Source: a virus (taxonomy: Duplodnaviria; Heunggongvirae; Uroviricota; Caudoviricetes). From it: a stretch of 64,000 nucleotides of DNA. The DNA lies in the IMG/VR virus record IMGVR_UViG_3300035659_000001; one strand, 5' to 3'. A model generated the notes under the pieces. That model worked only from the letters and a program-made list of their open reading frames with translations. It made no database searches and had not been told where the DNA came from. Positions 20,215 to 31,300 of the stretch are shown one piece after another. Both the position numbers and the translations under genes were made by a program. Every line of letters begins with the position of its first letter. The first letter of the stretch is position 1.

Positions 20215-20975
20215 TGTTTACAGCTGAAGAATGGAAATTAATTTCATTAGGTGCAATTGAAGAAGTTAAGCAAACAGTTTCGTCTGATAGAGTTGAAGAG
20301 ACTCAATTTTTAAATAAATGTATTTCTCATTTACAAAGTCTTGATGCTTTTAAAAAGCGATATAATTTTGGTGAAGATGTAGATTTAGATTTTTCTCCAG
20401 AACACAAAAATGGATTTAAAGTATTAGACTCAAGAATAAAGGTGCTTTTAGATTTTATTGTCAAGTATAATGCCAAGCATGTTCTTGATGTAGGTTCTAG
20501 AGCAGGTTATTTACTTTTTCCTGGTTTAAACTTAGGTATAATAGAAAGCGCAGTTGGAGTTGAAGTTGAAACTAAATTTCATTTGTTATGCGAAAAAGTA
20601 AAAAATTATTTTGATTTTAAAAATGTAGAGTTTTATAATCAAATGTTCGAAGAATTTCAAACTGATAAAAGGTTTGATGCAATTGTTATGAGCGAAGTTT
20701 TGGAACACATAATAGATCCTGAATTTGCATTATCAAAAGCGAAAGCATTACTGAATCCATCAGGCATTATTATTATAACTGTGCCGGTAGATAGAATGCC
20801 AGTAACTCAGAATGAAATTGATATAGCGTTGTCATGGGAACAAGTAGAACATGTGCATTTGATAACTCAAGATAAAATGAAGCAAATGACTTTTAATGTT
20901 GGTTTATCTATTGTAGAAGTTTTAACGTTAACTGGTTTTTTTACTGTTGATATTTATGTTTTGAGGTCAGTATGA
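20214..20975 (+). CDS. class I SAM-dependent methyltransferase
   Basis: VLDVGSRAG, GVE, FDAIVMSEVLEHI, LNPSGIIIITVP. Confidence 0.88.
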   Translation: MFTAEEWKLISLGAIEEVKQTVSSDRVEETQFLNKCISHLQSLDAFKKRYNFGEDVDLDFSPEHKNGFKVLDSRIKVLLDFIVKYNAKHVLDVGSRAGYLLFPGLNLGIIESAVGVEVETKFHLLCEKVKNYFDFKNVEFYNQMFEEFQTDKRFDAIVMSEVLEHIIDPEFALSKAKALLNPSGIIIITVPVDRMPVTQNEIDIALSWEQVEHVHLITQDKMKQMTFNVGLSIVEVLTLTGFFTVDIYVLRSV

Positions 20976-21190
20976 CAGATCAACAAATAAATGAAGGTCA
21001 TTATTTTGAATTAATGGATAGAGTTCATGTAATTACATGTAATATTAATGATCATGTTTTAGAACATCCATTAACTGAAAAACTAGATAATGTAAAAAAA
21101 TTAATAGATGAAGCTATCGACAAATTAAGCGAAGCATATCAATTAATTGGTCAAGTTTTACCAATTGAAACAGATTCAAATGGAGATTAA
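20972..21190 (+). CDS. hypothetical protein
   Basis: ORF track. Confidence 0.6.
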   Translation: MTDQQINEGHYFELMDRVHVITCNINDHVLEHPLTEKLDNVKKLIDEAIDKLSEAYQLIGQVLPIETDSNGD

Positions 21191-21192
21191 TT

Positions 21193-22632
21193 ATGGCAAA
21201 GTTCAAAGAAGAAAAGATTAAAGAATTCGATGACAAGTATGATCCTCAAAAAAGTGGTTTTACTGAAACAAAACTGTTTAAAGTACTGTTCTGCGGCAAT
21301 GTAGAGGGCAATAACAATAAATTCTATTGTCTTGAATTACAGTATAATCCAAAAACAAGTCATTACCGATTGTTTTCTCATTATGGCAGATTAGGACAGT
21401 CTGAAATATTTGGACTTCGTGATGTTGATTTTGATACAAATAAGCCTGTGGCAGATTATTCTGTTATAGAAAAAGAATTTAATGCGATAATTAAGAAAAA
21501 GTTGACAGGCAAGAATATCAAAGATGATCGTGGTGTTGAAGATTCAAGACGCGAGAATTATCAGGAAGTTGCTACATTTTCTCCAAAAGTTGGTTCTCCC
21601 AATATTCGTGATAAGTCGACTGTTATTCAAGTCAAATCAGTTCCAATTGATACATCAACAATTAAAAATTCAAAAATAGTAAAATTAATTGATCAAATTG
21701 TTGAAGAAAACGTGCACAATATCACGTCATTAACATCATTAACTCTTACTTCAAATGGTTTTGAAACACCTCTTGGACCTGTAACAAAAGAGCATGTACA
21801 TAGAGCGAAGTCAGCACTTGATGTTTTGAAACCACTAATGAAAGATGACAAACTAGATCAAGACAATCAAAAAGTAAGAGAGGCTAATAACTTATATTAT
21901 TCATTGATACCTCATTCATTTGGTCATAAGATTACAATAAGTGATTGGATATTAGATGGCGCAAAGTTGATGCAAGAATATGATTTACTAGATCAACTTG
22001 AATCGGCTGTTCAGATGGGTTCTTCATTAAATAAAAATGCATCGCAAAAATTGTCAGCAATTGGTGTTGATATTGATGAAATACAATTAAATGATAAAGA
22101 GTTTCAAAGACTTGAATATTATGTTACATCTTCAAGAGCGAGTAATCATAGAGGATCTGATGTTTGGAATTATAGAGTAAAGAACATATATCAGATTAAG
22201 ATACCTCAAGAGAGAACAAGGTTCGAATCTGCAAAAGACAAATATGGCAATGTTAAAGAATTGTTTCATGGATCTAGAAATTGCAATATTTTAAGTATAT
22301 TGAAAAACGGATTAATTGTTCCGTCATTTAATGCATTGTGCGCAGGTAGGATGATGGGCGACGGCCTATACAGTGCTTCTAATAGCACGAAATCATTGAA
22401 CTACTCGACTGGTTGGTGGGGCGGCACTAAAAACAAATATAACAATGCATTTTTATTTATTGTAAATTTTGCAATGGGTAAATCGTACATTGTCAAAGGA
22501 CCAACGAATAAACCACCAATAGGATATCATAGTATATGGGCTCAAGCAGGAGGATCACTATACAATGATGAATATATAGTGTATAATTTGAATCAAGCAA
22601 CGATAACTCATTTGATTGAAATGGTTAAATAG
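21193..22632 (+). CDS. PARP-family ADP-ribosyltransferase (WGR + regulatory + catalytic domains)
   Basis: NNNKFY..E, YGRLG (WGR-like); YYSLIPH (regulatory); LFHGS, GRMMGDGLYSA..KSLNY, LYNDEYIVY (H-Y-E triad). Confidence 0.92.
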   Translation: MAKFKEEKIKEFDDKYDPQKSGFTETKLFKVLFCGNVEGNNNKFYCLELQYNPKTSHYRLFSHYGRLGQSEIFGLRDVDFDTNKPVADYSVIEKEFNAIIKKKLTGKNIKDDRGVEDSRRENYQEVATFSPKVGSPNIRDKSTVIQVKSVPIDTSTIKNSKIVKLIDQIVEENVHNITSLTSLTLTSNGFETPLGPVTKEHVHRAKSALDVLKPLMKDDKLDQDNQKVREANNLYYSLIPHSFGHKITISDWILDGAKLMQEYDLLDQLESAVQMGSSLNKNASQKLSAIGVDIDEIQLNDKEFQRLEYYVTSSRASNHRGSDVWNYRVKNIYQIKIPQERTRFESAKDKYGNVKELFHGSRNCNILSILKNGLIVPSFNALCAGRMMGDGLYSASNSTKSLNYSTGWWGGTKNKYNNAFLFIVNFAMGKSYIVKGPTNKPPIGYHSIWAQAGGSLYNDEYIVYNLNQATITHLIEMVK

Positions 22633-23344
22633 ATTAAACATATTAACAAGGAGTTTTATGGATACAGTTATGATCATTGAGTCTACTGTAAGTGAATTTG
22701 TTAAAGCTAAGAAGTTGTTTACGTCTGTTGACATTGCCAACGCTATTAAATCGAACGGTACTTGGGTTCGTAATAATGTTGTTGCTGATTGGCTTAGAAA
22801 AGAATTTACTAATTTCATGAGCAATCAGGTTAGCGACTATACGACAACTGTTATTACAGTTAATTATGGAAGTGATCGTGCAGCGTTATATCATCCATTG
22901 TATGAGTCTCCTATGAATTACATGAACAGTAATCTTGAAGCAATTGATCCTTTCAAATTTAAAGATATAAGTGGCTATGCTATGGATGATGATAGAGCAA
23001 AGCCTGAAAATGTTAAAAGCTCATCTTTTTTCAAATGTACATCAGTTAGTGCAAGTGAAAATACAGTTATGAATACTAATGTAGTTAAAAAAGTGGGCGT
23101 TAACATTCCTCATAAAGTATATAAAAGTGTCGATAGACTTCGTGTACCTGCGTCTTTGGTAAAAGCAGTCGGCATGGCACCATATTCAAAAGTAAAAACA
23201 ACAAAGATTTCGATTGTTGTACCTGATACTTTGAGAGTTCATTCAGATGGCAGAATTAGTTTACCTAGAAATTGTACTAAATTAGGGTCAGGACCAATTA
23301 AGGTTGGAGTTGTAGACGGTGTAATTGATATTCAGAAAATGTGA
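22616..23344 (+). CDS. hypothetical protein (AbrB-like DGRI at the C-terminus)
   Basis: ORF track; FTSVDI...LY motif. Confidence 0.6.
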   Translation: MKWLNRLNILTRSFMDTVMIIESTVSEFVKAKKLFTSVDIANAIKSNGTWVRNNVVADWLRKEFTNFMSNQVSDYTTTVITVNYGSDRAALYHPLYESPMNYMNSNLEAIDPFKFKDISGYAMDDDRAKPENVKSSSFFKCTSVSASENTVMNTNVVKKVGVNIPHKVYKSVDRLRVPASLVKAVGMAPYSKVKTTKISIVVPDTLRVHSDGRISLPRNCTKLGSGPIKVGVVDGVIDIQKM

Positions 23345-23955
23345 TGATGAAACAATTCAAAGAATTTATTGATCAAGTTGTTACATGGAAAACGTGTTCT
23401 GTAAAAGAGTTTATTGTTTCATTCGTTTACAACTCTTATCATCAATATTGGCGGTATTACCACAATCTAAATCATATTTATCAATGTTTAAATGAATTTG
23501 ATAGTATTGCTGGTTATATTGATCATGGTCATGCATTTCAATATGCATTGTGGTATCATGATGTTATATATGTGCCTGGTTCAAAATGTAATGAAGTTAT
23601 GAGTGCAGATATTGCTGAGTTTCATGCTAAATTGTTAAATATATATAATGAATTTGGATTGTTAGTTTCAGCATTGATTACAGATAATAGAAAGATTTTA
23701 AAAAATGATTGTGATTTTTTTCATGATGTAGATTATAGTATATTTGGTAAACATCATGACATGTACTTTAAATATGCTTTAGACGTATGTACAGAATTTA
23801 GTTATGTTGTTGATAAGTCTGTGCTTATAAAAAAACGACAAGAGTTTTTGAAAAAATTATTAAAAGCAAACGTTTTTAGAACTGAATATTATAAAGATAG
23901 ATGTTTAAAACAAGCTGTAGAAAATATTCAGGAAGAATTGAGAATGTATAAATGA
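23341..23955 (+). CDS. HD-superfamily metal-dependent phosphohydrolase
   Basis: RYYHNLNHI, WYHDVIY, NE..SA, D.DYSIFG. Confidence 0.85.
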   Translation: MMMKQFKEFIDQVVTWKTCSVKEFIVSFVYNSYHQYWRYYHNLNHIYQCLNEFDSIAGYIDHGHAFQYALWYHDVIYVPGSKCNEVMSADIAEFHAKLLNIYNEFGLLVSALITDNRKILKNDCDFFHDVDYSIFGKHHDMYFKYALDVCTEFSYVVDKSVLIKKRQEFLKKLLKANVFRTEYYKDRCLKQAVENIQEELRMYK

Positions 23956-24037
23956 AAAATTCGTTGAGTGATCATAAAAGTATGAGGTTTTAAATTAGCA
24001 TTGTCATAATATTCAAAACATTCATATAAGAGATTTT

Positions 24038-24313
24038 TTGATGAAGAATATGGATTATGGTTGGTCAATGCATGAAAGTATTGTAGTTGCAGCAAATTAT
24101 GATTTTACGCTTGCAGATCAATCATGGGAAAAAGCTTGTGAAATGTGCAAACAGGACACGCATTGTTTTGCACTTTGTAGTGGGTTTACGATTAGACTAG
24201 TGCTGATTGATTATGAATTACAAGGTTATGAAAAATTTGTTTTTTATGACTATATAGAAAAATTGTGGAGAGACGTTAACGAGTTAAAATTAAAACATGA
24301 GGAGGTTATTTAA
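24038..24313 (+). CDS. hypothetical protein
   Basis: ORF track. Confidence 0.5.
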   Translation: MMKNMDYGWSMHESIVVAANYDFTLADQSWEKACEMCKQDTHCFALCSGFTIRLVLIDYELQGYEKFVFYDYIEKLWRDVNELKLKHEEVI

Positions 24314-25131
24314 TGGCAAAGAAAAAAGTAACGTTTAAGTCGTGGCTATTTACTGTGATTTGTGCTATTTTTAGATTTAGATATGTTGAAGTATCTAAAA
24401 GAATAGAAGATCAAGAAGATGAGAGTAATCAATTGATCGATTCAGATGACAATTATTTTATAGATGTTAGACCTACAACATTAAACGTTGGCAGTGGTTC
24501 TATAAATTTTACTAGCATTAGTAGTATAGGTGGAGATGAAAGTGATAGTGAACATGTAAAAGATGTAAACCGGCAAAAGATTGCAACTATAAAAGTAGCT
24601 ATTAAACCTAAAGATGTATTAGTAGAACTTGAAAGAATGCCAACGCAATGGTCGATGCAAGGTATTGACGAAAAAATTGCGTTATTAAAGGATAAGCTAA
24701 GTCTTATACACGACAATTATGCAGCAAAAAGAGATGTCTCATTGTTGCTGATAATGTTGCAGAATAGAAAGAAATATTATGATAAGGCAAAAGACGGTCA
24801 AATATTTTGGCAATATTTTGCTAAATATGACATAACAAATGAAGCAAATATCAACAAACTACTCACTAAATACGGTTTAGTAATGGAAAAGTCAGATATA
24901 TTTATTCCTGAATTTCCGACGGACGCCATTAATGCAATGAAAGAATTTTCAGAAAAATGTAAAGAGCTGTGTGATAGAGAGCCAATATTTTATGTCATAG
25001 CAACTAAAGAAAGTTTTAATAAGAAATATGAAAAACGTGATCCTATATTATTAGCTCAATCACCTTTTGGTTTTTATTTTCATATTCTTGGCGCTTGGGA
25101 TAAAGAGATGCTATATTTACCTGAACTGTAA
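24313..25131 (+). CDS. conserved hypothetical phage protein
   Basis: GGAGG RBS; KRDPILLAQSPFG...LGAWD. Confidence 0.7.
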   Translation: MAKKKVTFKSWLFTVICAIFRFRYVEVSKRIEDQEDESNQLIDSDDNYFIDVRPTTLNVGSGSINFTSISSIGGDESDSEHVKDVNRQKIATIKVAIKPKDVLVELERMPTQWSMQGIDEKIALLKDKLSLIHDNYAAKRDVSLLLIMLQNRKKYYDKAKDGQIFWQYFAKYDITNEANINKLLTKYGLVMEKSDIFIPEFPTDAINAMKEFSEKCKELCDREPIFYVIATKESFNKKYEKRDPILLAQSPFGFYFHILGAWDKEMLYLPEL

Positions 25132-25207
25132 GGGAAAGCTTCCAAAATGCATTGAGGATTGAAAAAGTGGATTCCTAAAGACAAGCTTTATATCAAAAGG
25201 AATAAAA

Positions 25208-25411
25208 ATGTTTAAAACGAAATGTCATCTTTTAGATGTATGGGAAAAAAGGAAATTTACGCAGGACGGAATACGTGAAAATGCGGAAATCGAATGGAAG
25301 AAACATGTTGAAAAACATCTTAAAATGAATCCTGGTTGTGATATATCTAAAAACGAAATGTGTAAGCATTGGTTTATTTTAGGTTTTATCGCGGCATACG
25401 AGCCACAATAA
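25208..25411 (+). CDS. hypothetical protein
   Basis: ORF track; AGGA RBS. Confidence 0.55.
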   Translation: MFKTKCHLLDVWEKRKFTQDGIRENAEIEWKKHVEKHLKMNPGCDISKNEMCKHWFILGFIAAYEPQ

Positions 25412-25568
25412 TGCTGTGTGACAGAAAGGCTTCAAAGCTTAGACACGCAGATTGCGATTTAAATCGATCGATTGATGTGCTTGCCGTACGGTTCAAAATT
25501 GGTGATTAACTTAAAACTATTTTAAAAAATTCAGTATCTTTATTTGATGAGCTGTAGCAGGAGTAGTT

Positions 25569-25835
25569 ATGCTAAATAAATTTGAAGTGCGTGCTTTTTT
25601 TAATACATTACGCGTTATTGAAACACCTATAGAAGTTTCGTCATCATTTTTGAAAGAGTTAAATGAATTTAATGATGACATTAAAACATTAGAATATGAT
25701 GTTGAATTGAAGCCGGGTGTAATTTACAACATTATTGATGGTGAATTTGAAGGCAAACAATTAATTTATCATAAAAAAATCATTTATATTCTTGAAGATG
25801 AGCTTGATTCTTATGATGACGCAACCTTCACCTAA
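25569..25835 (+). CDS. hypothetical protein
   Basis: ORF track; AGGAG RBS. Confidence 0.6.
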   Translation: MLNKFEVRAFFNTLRVIETPIEVSSSFLKELNEFNDDIKTLEYDVELKPGVIYNIIDGEFEGKQLIYHKKIIYILEDELDSYDDATFT

Positions 25836-26106
25836 AAAACGACAAACGTTCGAGCAAATGTTAATATCTAAAATTTTAGAGGACTGTGTACAAAATAATG
25901 ATCAAGAATTAATTGACGCAATTAAAGGTCATACACGTTTTAGTAGATTAATAAAAATATTTTCAGAGTTTATGTCGCCGCTATTTAATCAATCATACTC
26001 AGTTAAGTCAGTCAAATACGAAAACAACATTCTTCATATAACTACAAATTCAGGTCAGCAGTTAACTTTTTCTGATTTTGACATTACGCAAATTACAAAA
26101 TCTTAA
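25792..26106 (+). CDS. hypothetical protein
   Basis: ORF track; real start probably MMTQP. Confidence 0.55.
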   Translation: MKMSLILMMTQPSPKKRQTFEQMLISKILEDCVQNNDQELIDAIKGHTRFSRLIKIFSEFMSPLFNQSYSVKSVKYENNILHITTNSGQQLTFSDFDITQITKS

Positions 26107-26334
26107 TCTACAATTAATGTAAATAAACGCCTCTGTCAGTCATAAAATTTTAACTATGATTGACATGTCAAAAATTTCAAATTTGTCTTATGTTAATAAT
26201 AATATTCGTAGAATTGTATCGCAAAAATCTATTTGTCGACAATTAGGTATTTGTGAGTATCTTTATAAAGGCGCGCTTTACCTATTTACGATCTTGTTTT
26301 TAACAAAACATATAAATATTATAATGACTGTCAA

Positions 26335-26793
26335 ATGATATCTCATGCTGTAAGATCTTCAAGAATAGTATTACCATTATTTGAACTTTCAACATATAAA
26401 GAAATAGATATAACAAATAAATATTGTGATGTTGATGAACAAATTGCTGGCGACATAATTGCTCAAGAGTGCGCATTATTATTAAAGCTATTAACTCATA
26501 ATACGATTATTAAACATGTACAACATAGTTTAATAGATTACAAGTTAATTTTGAACAATGATAATATGAGCAATTTATTTGAAGACGGTCATGTTATGAC
26601 AATTGATAATTTAGAATTGTTTCTTTTTACAATTAGACAAAATATTCAAGCTATACCGTGTGATGATCCTTACAATCTAAAAAAAGGATTTGCTTGTAAT
26701 GAAGTTGTTGGAATGATTATGAATGATGATGTAGAAATTAATATGTCTATGGGACATAGAATAAATAAATTTGAAATTTTAATGGGAGTGTAA
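26335..26793 (+). CDS. putative truncated major-capsid-protein paralogue (P-domain-like)
   Basis: RIVLPLFELS..EI.I, I.AQE..LL.LL, IRQNI...DDP....GF..NE..G resemble recalled huge-phage HK97-fold MCP segments. Confidence 0.45.
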   Translation: MISHAVRSSRIVLPLFELSTYKEIDITNKYCDVDEQIAGDIIAQECALLLKLLTHNTIIKHVQHSLIDYKLILNNDNMSNLFEDGHVMTIDNLELFLFTIRQNIQAIPCDDPYNLKKGFACNEVVGMIMNDDVEINMSMGHRINKFEILMGV

Positions 26794-26794
26794 A

Positions 26795-27520
26795 ATGAAA
26801 ATAATGGGAGTTGATATCTCGTCGAGGTCCTCGGGCTGGTCGATTATTGAAAATGACAAATTACTTGAGTATGGATTAATTGTGCCGCAAAGTAAATCTA
26901 TGACTAATGCACAAAAAATGTATTTGTTCCAGGTTGAATTACGTAAAATTATTGATGCAAAACAACCTGATGAAATTGCAATTGAAGACGTTATTCAAGT
27001 AAGAAGTATAAGTGTTCTCAAATTACTTGCAAGATTCAATGGAATTGCAATAATTGAGTCATATAGATATACACAAAAAGAGCCTGATCTGTATGAACCG
27101 TCAAAATGGAAATCGATAATGGGCTGTGGCGGAGGAGCAAAGAAGTGCGAAGTACAATTGTTTATATGTCAGAAATACAATTTATTGTTACTTGAAAAAA
27201 TTGCAACTTATCAAAAAAGAATTGATGAAGCAAAAGAATGTTTTGGTGGTTGTTGTGATGATGTACGTAAACAAGTAAAATTAGTAAAAAAAGAATTAAA
27301 GAAATGTAAAGATGAAAATAGGAAATTACAAATTGTTCAAGAAATAAAATCTTTACAAGAAAAATTTGTTAGTGTTAAAAAAAGTAGTAAAAAAAATACT
27401 TCTGAAGTTTTTGATAAAATAAGTATGGACATTTATACTGCTACAGGTATCAATGAGGACATTGCAGATTCACTCGGTGTTGCTATTTGCCATCAAAAGT
27501 TAAAAGAAAGAAATAAATGA
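26795..27520 (+). CDS. RuvC-like Holliday junction resolvase with coiled-coil insert
   Basis: IMGVDIS..SSGW, IAIED, P..WK..MG.G.A.K, EDIADSLGVA. Confidence 0.85.
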   Translation: MKIMGVDISSRSSGWSIIENDKLLEYGLIVPQSKSMTNAQKMYLFQVELRKIIDAKQPDEIAIEDVIQVRSISVLKLLARFNGIAIIESYRYTQKEPDLYEPSKWKSIMGCGGGAKKCEVQLFICQKYNLLLLEKIATYQKRIDEAKECFGGCCDDVRKQVKLVKKELKKCKDENRKLQIVQEIKSLQEKFVSVKKSSKKNTSEVFDKISMDIYTATGINEDIADSLGVAICHQKLKERNK

Positions 27521-27888
27521 GTAATGAAAAATTTAAATTAATTACAGGTTCATTATTAAAAGTAAATGATAAGCCAGTTAAGCATGTTCAAAAGAAACAA
27601 TGTCAGTCAAAATTTTTGATATTAGCAGGTAATAAGTTAAAGTTACAAAAAGAAAATAAAACTAAGAAGTTAACACAAAAACAAAAAGAATTATTAATAG
27701 CAGAGTTGTTACAAACATCTGAAGGTCGTCAAAGACTAGCTGAATCATTAATACAACCACTTAGATTACGTAGAGATTACACAAGCTTTGCTCGAAATGC
27801 ATTTACGGTTCAATCTCTTCCTGAAGGTGCAATTCATGTTTTTGATAATTCTTCAGCTCTTTCTTCAAGCGATTTAAGTTCTAGTTAA
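27517..27888 (+). CDS. protein carrying a major-capsid N-arm-like segment
   Basis: LQTSEGRQRLAESLIQPLRLRRDYTSFARNAFTVQSLPEGA..VFD resembles the recalled N-terminus of a huge-phage MCP. Confidence 0.5.
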   Translation: MSNEKFKLITGSLLKVNDKPVKHVQKKQCQSKFLILAGNKLKLQKENKTKKLTQKQKELLIAELLQTSEGRQRLAESLIQPLRLRRDYTSFARNAFTVQSLPEGAIHVFDNSSALSSSDLSSS

Positions 27889-27918
27889 AGTGAAGTAAAT
27901 TTCATAAAATAATATAAT

Positions 27919-28275
27919 ATGAAAAATAGATATGAAATTAATGAAGATGGTATCATTCCGCTTATTTTAAATGACATTAAAGTAGTTTATTCGAAAAATG
28001 AAATAAATACAAATTTACTACTTAATAAAGTTTTGGGTACAAAAAATTTACAAATAACACAAATAGATGATTTACAATTGTCAAATTTTTTAACTAATTT
28101 AAATGAAAGTAAGTTAATGATGCCTGACGGTACTGATTCTTTAGTGTGGTTGAAAAAACGTATATCCAAAAGGTTTGATCAATCTTTAACGCAACGAGGA
28201 CAAATATGGGAAGACATCTCTAGTAGGTATAGATTTATTTTAGCACAAATAGATGTTATATTAGCAACACGATGA
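27919..28275 (+). CDS. hypothetical protein
   Basis: ORF track. Confidence 0.55.
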   Translation: MKNRYEINEDGIIPLILNDIKVVYSKNEINTNLLLNKVLGTKNLQITQIDDLQLSNFLTNLNESKLMMPDGTDSLVWLKKRISKRFDQSLTQRGQIWEDISSRYRFILAQIDVILATR

Positions 28276-28352
28276 AAATAAATTGTTTAAAGTTCTTTTA
28301 TCTTTTGTCTTAAATTATCTAAAATTTTAAAAATAAAACGGAGAAGATTAAA

Positions 28353-31300
28353 ATGAATTTAAATAAATTCAAAGTTGTTTCGCAAGGGCAGCAAAAATCA
28401 ACAATTCTTAGAACAAAAATTGCATACGAAAATTGGGAAAGCAAATACAGATATAATAATGAGACGCCTGTCGGTACAGCTGTTAGATGTGCAAAGACAT
28501 TAGCTTCTATTGAAAAAGAACCTGAAAAATGGTATAAGTTATTTTTACAGACATTATTGAAATTTGATGGTGATATTGAAATTGATGAGAATGGTTTTCC
28601 AAATAAAGAGCCTTTAGGTTTTAAAGCTACACTTGGTGGAAGAATTACTGCAAACATCGGCACATCCTATAAAAATGCTACATTAATGAACTGTTTTATA
28701 AACGGACCTGTTTCTGGCGCTACAATTTCTTATAATAGAAAATCAGAGGATGATTCAATATCTTATAATGTTAGTATGAAAACTGATGATAATCCTGATG
28801 ATTTGTCTAATATCTTTTTAACTATATTAGAGCAAGCGAAAACTTTAGCATCTGAAGGTGGTTATGGAATCAATTTTGGATTTATTAGACCTAGAGGATC
28901 TATAATAAAGGGCACTGGAATTAAACATCCGGGTATTGTTTCATATATGAAAGTTTGGGATGCAGTTTCAGATTTAATTGTCAAAGGAGATGAAGACGGA
29001 TACATTGATAAACTTAAAAATCATTTAGATGAATCACAAATAAAAGACTTGACAATCATTACAAAAGCAATGGCTAGAAAAGGTGCGATGCTCGCAGCGT
29101 TGCCTGTATCTAGTCCAGACATTGAAGAGTTTATTCGTGCAAAACAAGTAAAAGGTGTATTAACTAAATTTAATATCTCTGTTTTGATAGATGATAAATT
29201 CATGAACGCGGTTATTTATGATGATTTTTATGATTTGCATTTTAAAGGCAAGACATATAAACGTGTAAAAGCTGTCGAATTATATGATCTTATTATGACG
29301 TCAGTTTATAATAGAGCTGAACCTGGTGCATTATTTTATGACAATATGCATAAGAGTAATCCAGTAGCTTATTTAGGTCATTGTGATTCTACAAATCCAT
29401 GTATTATTGGTAAATCTAGACTTGCAACTATTAAAGGATTAATGTCAATTGAAGCATTAGCTAGAAATGGTAAAGATGTCGAACTATTTTCTTATAATAA
29501 AAATAATAATGAGTATGAAATAAAAATTGGTAGAAATCCTAGAAAAACTGGTGAAAGAAAAATAGTATGGAAATTGACGTTTAAAGATGGGTCATGTTTT
29601 GTTGCGACGCCTACTCATGAAATATATTTACAAAATGGTGAGATAAAGCAATTACAGTTACTAGTTACTGGTGATAAAATTTGTACATTTGATTCTTTTA
29701 AGCCGTTTGAAGTTGATTGTGTGGCATATTATGGGCTTGAAGATGTGTATAATATAACAGTAGATGATAATTATAATTATATAGTAATAACTGATGGTGA
29801 TAAAAAAATTGAATCAAGTGGGATTGTTGTAAAAAATTGCGGTGAAGTTCCTGGTCTATCGTCTATAACAACTGTTTGTTTATTAGGTTCATTAAATTTG
29901 ACGCAATATGTTTTTATAGAAAATGATAGTGTAGGTTTTAATTGGGAAGAGTATATTAAAGATATATCTATTTTTGCAAGAATGCTTGATAATGTTAATG
30001 ATATTGCAAATGCACCGTTACCATCATACGAATATGTTGTTAAGAAAATGAGGCAATTCGGCATGGGCATTAGTGGTCTTGGATCAACATTAATGATGTT
30101 GGGGATGCCGTATAATTCTAAACAAGCTTTGGAATTTACAAAACAAGTTTGCGAATTAAAAGAGAATCATGTATGGCAAGCGTCTGCAATGTTAGCTAAA
30201 GAAAAAGGAACGTTTGAGGCATACAATGCTGAAAAATTTCAGAATACTGATTATTTTAAATCTGATAGATTATGGGACAAGACAAAGTTGATGATCAAAG
30301 CTTATGGTGTCCGTAATTGTAAGTCTACGACAGCTCCGCCGCTCGGAAACTCATCTATGATTTGTGATAATGTGTCAAATGGAATTGAGCCTGTGTTTTT
30401 GTTAGAGTATGAGAGAAAAGTTATATGTAAATGGCCTGAAGGATTAACAACTGAAAATGTTAAAGATGTGTTAAAGTATCATAAAAAGGCAGATTTTGAA
30501 TATTGGCGTGGTGAATACAGTGGTGCTGAATATTATTATGAGCCGCATAATAGAGGTTTATGTGAAATAAGTGTTGTTAGAGATTATGGTTATCAGTGGT
30601 TATTGGATAATTTTCCTAAAAAAGATCATTCACAGTATCTTACAACTACAAAAGATTTGTCGATACATGATCATATTGCAATTCAAAAAGTTGTGCAATA
30701 TTATTGTAATCAATCAGTTTCAAAAACATGTAATGTTCCAAAAGATTATTCATTTGAGGATTTCAAAAAATTATATATTAATGCATGGTTAAATGGTCTA
30801 GTTGGTTTTACAGCTTATAGAGATGATTGTATGGAGTCTGTTATTTCAAGTTTTGAAAAAACACTTGAAAAAGAAACTATTATTAAAAAAGATATCAAGT
30901 TACCTGAAATATTTATTAATGGTCCTACAAGAATTATTAAACGTGAGGGTATAAAATTTTATATTCATTTTAGTTATTTGCCTGAAGACACTGAGATGAA
31001 ATTTCCTATTTGTTTGTGGCTTTATAGTAATAGTAGAGAATTTGGGCAAACAAAAATATGTAATCGAGCATCAAGAAAATTAGCACATTTAGCATTAGAA
31101 AAAGGAATTGACTCTAATTTAATTGTACAATGTGTTAGTAAAGCTCAAAAAGACTATTCTTATAATAGACTTGGTAGAATGGTATCTTTATGTTTACGAC
31201 ATAATGTTAAGCGTGAAGATATTTTAATTGCGTTAGTTGGAATTGAAGGAGATTACATTTCCTCTTTATTAACTGCTGTTAGAAAATTTATTGCTTTAAC

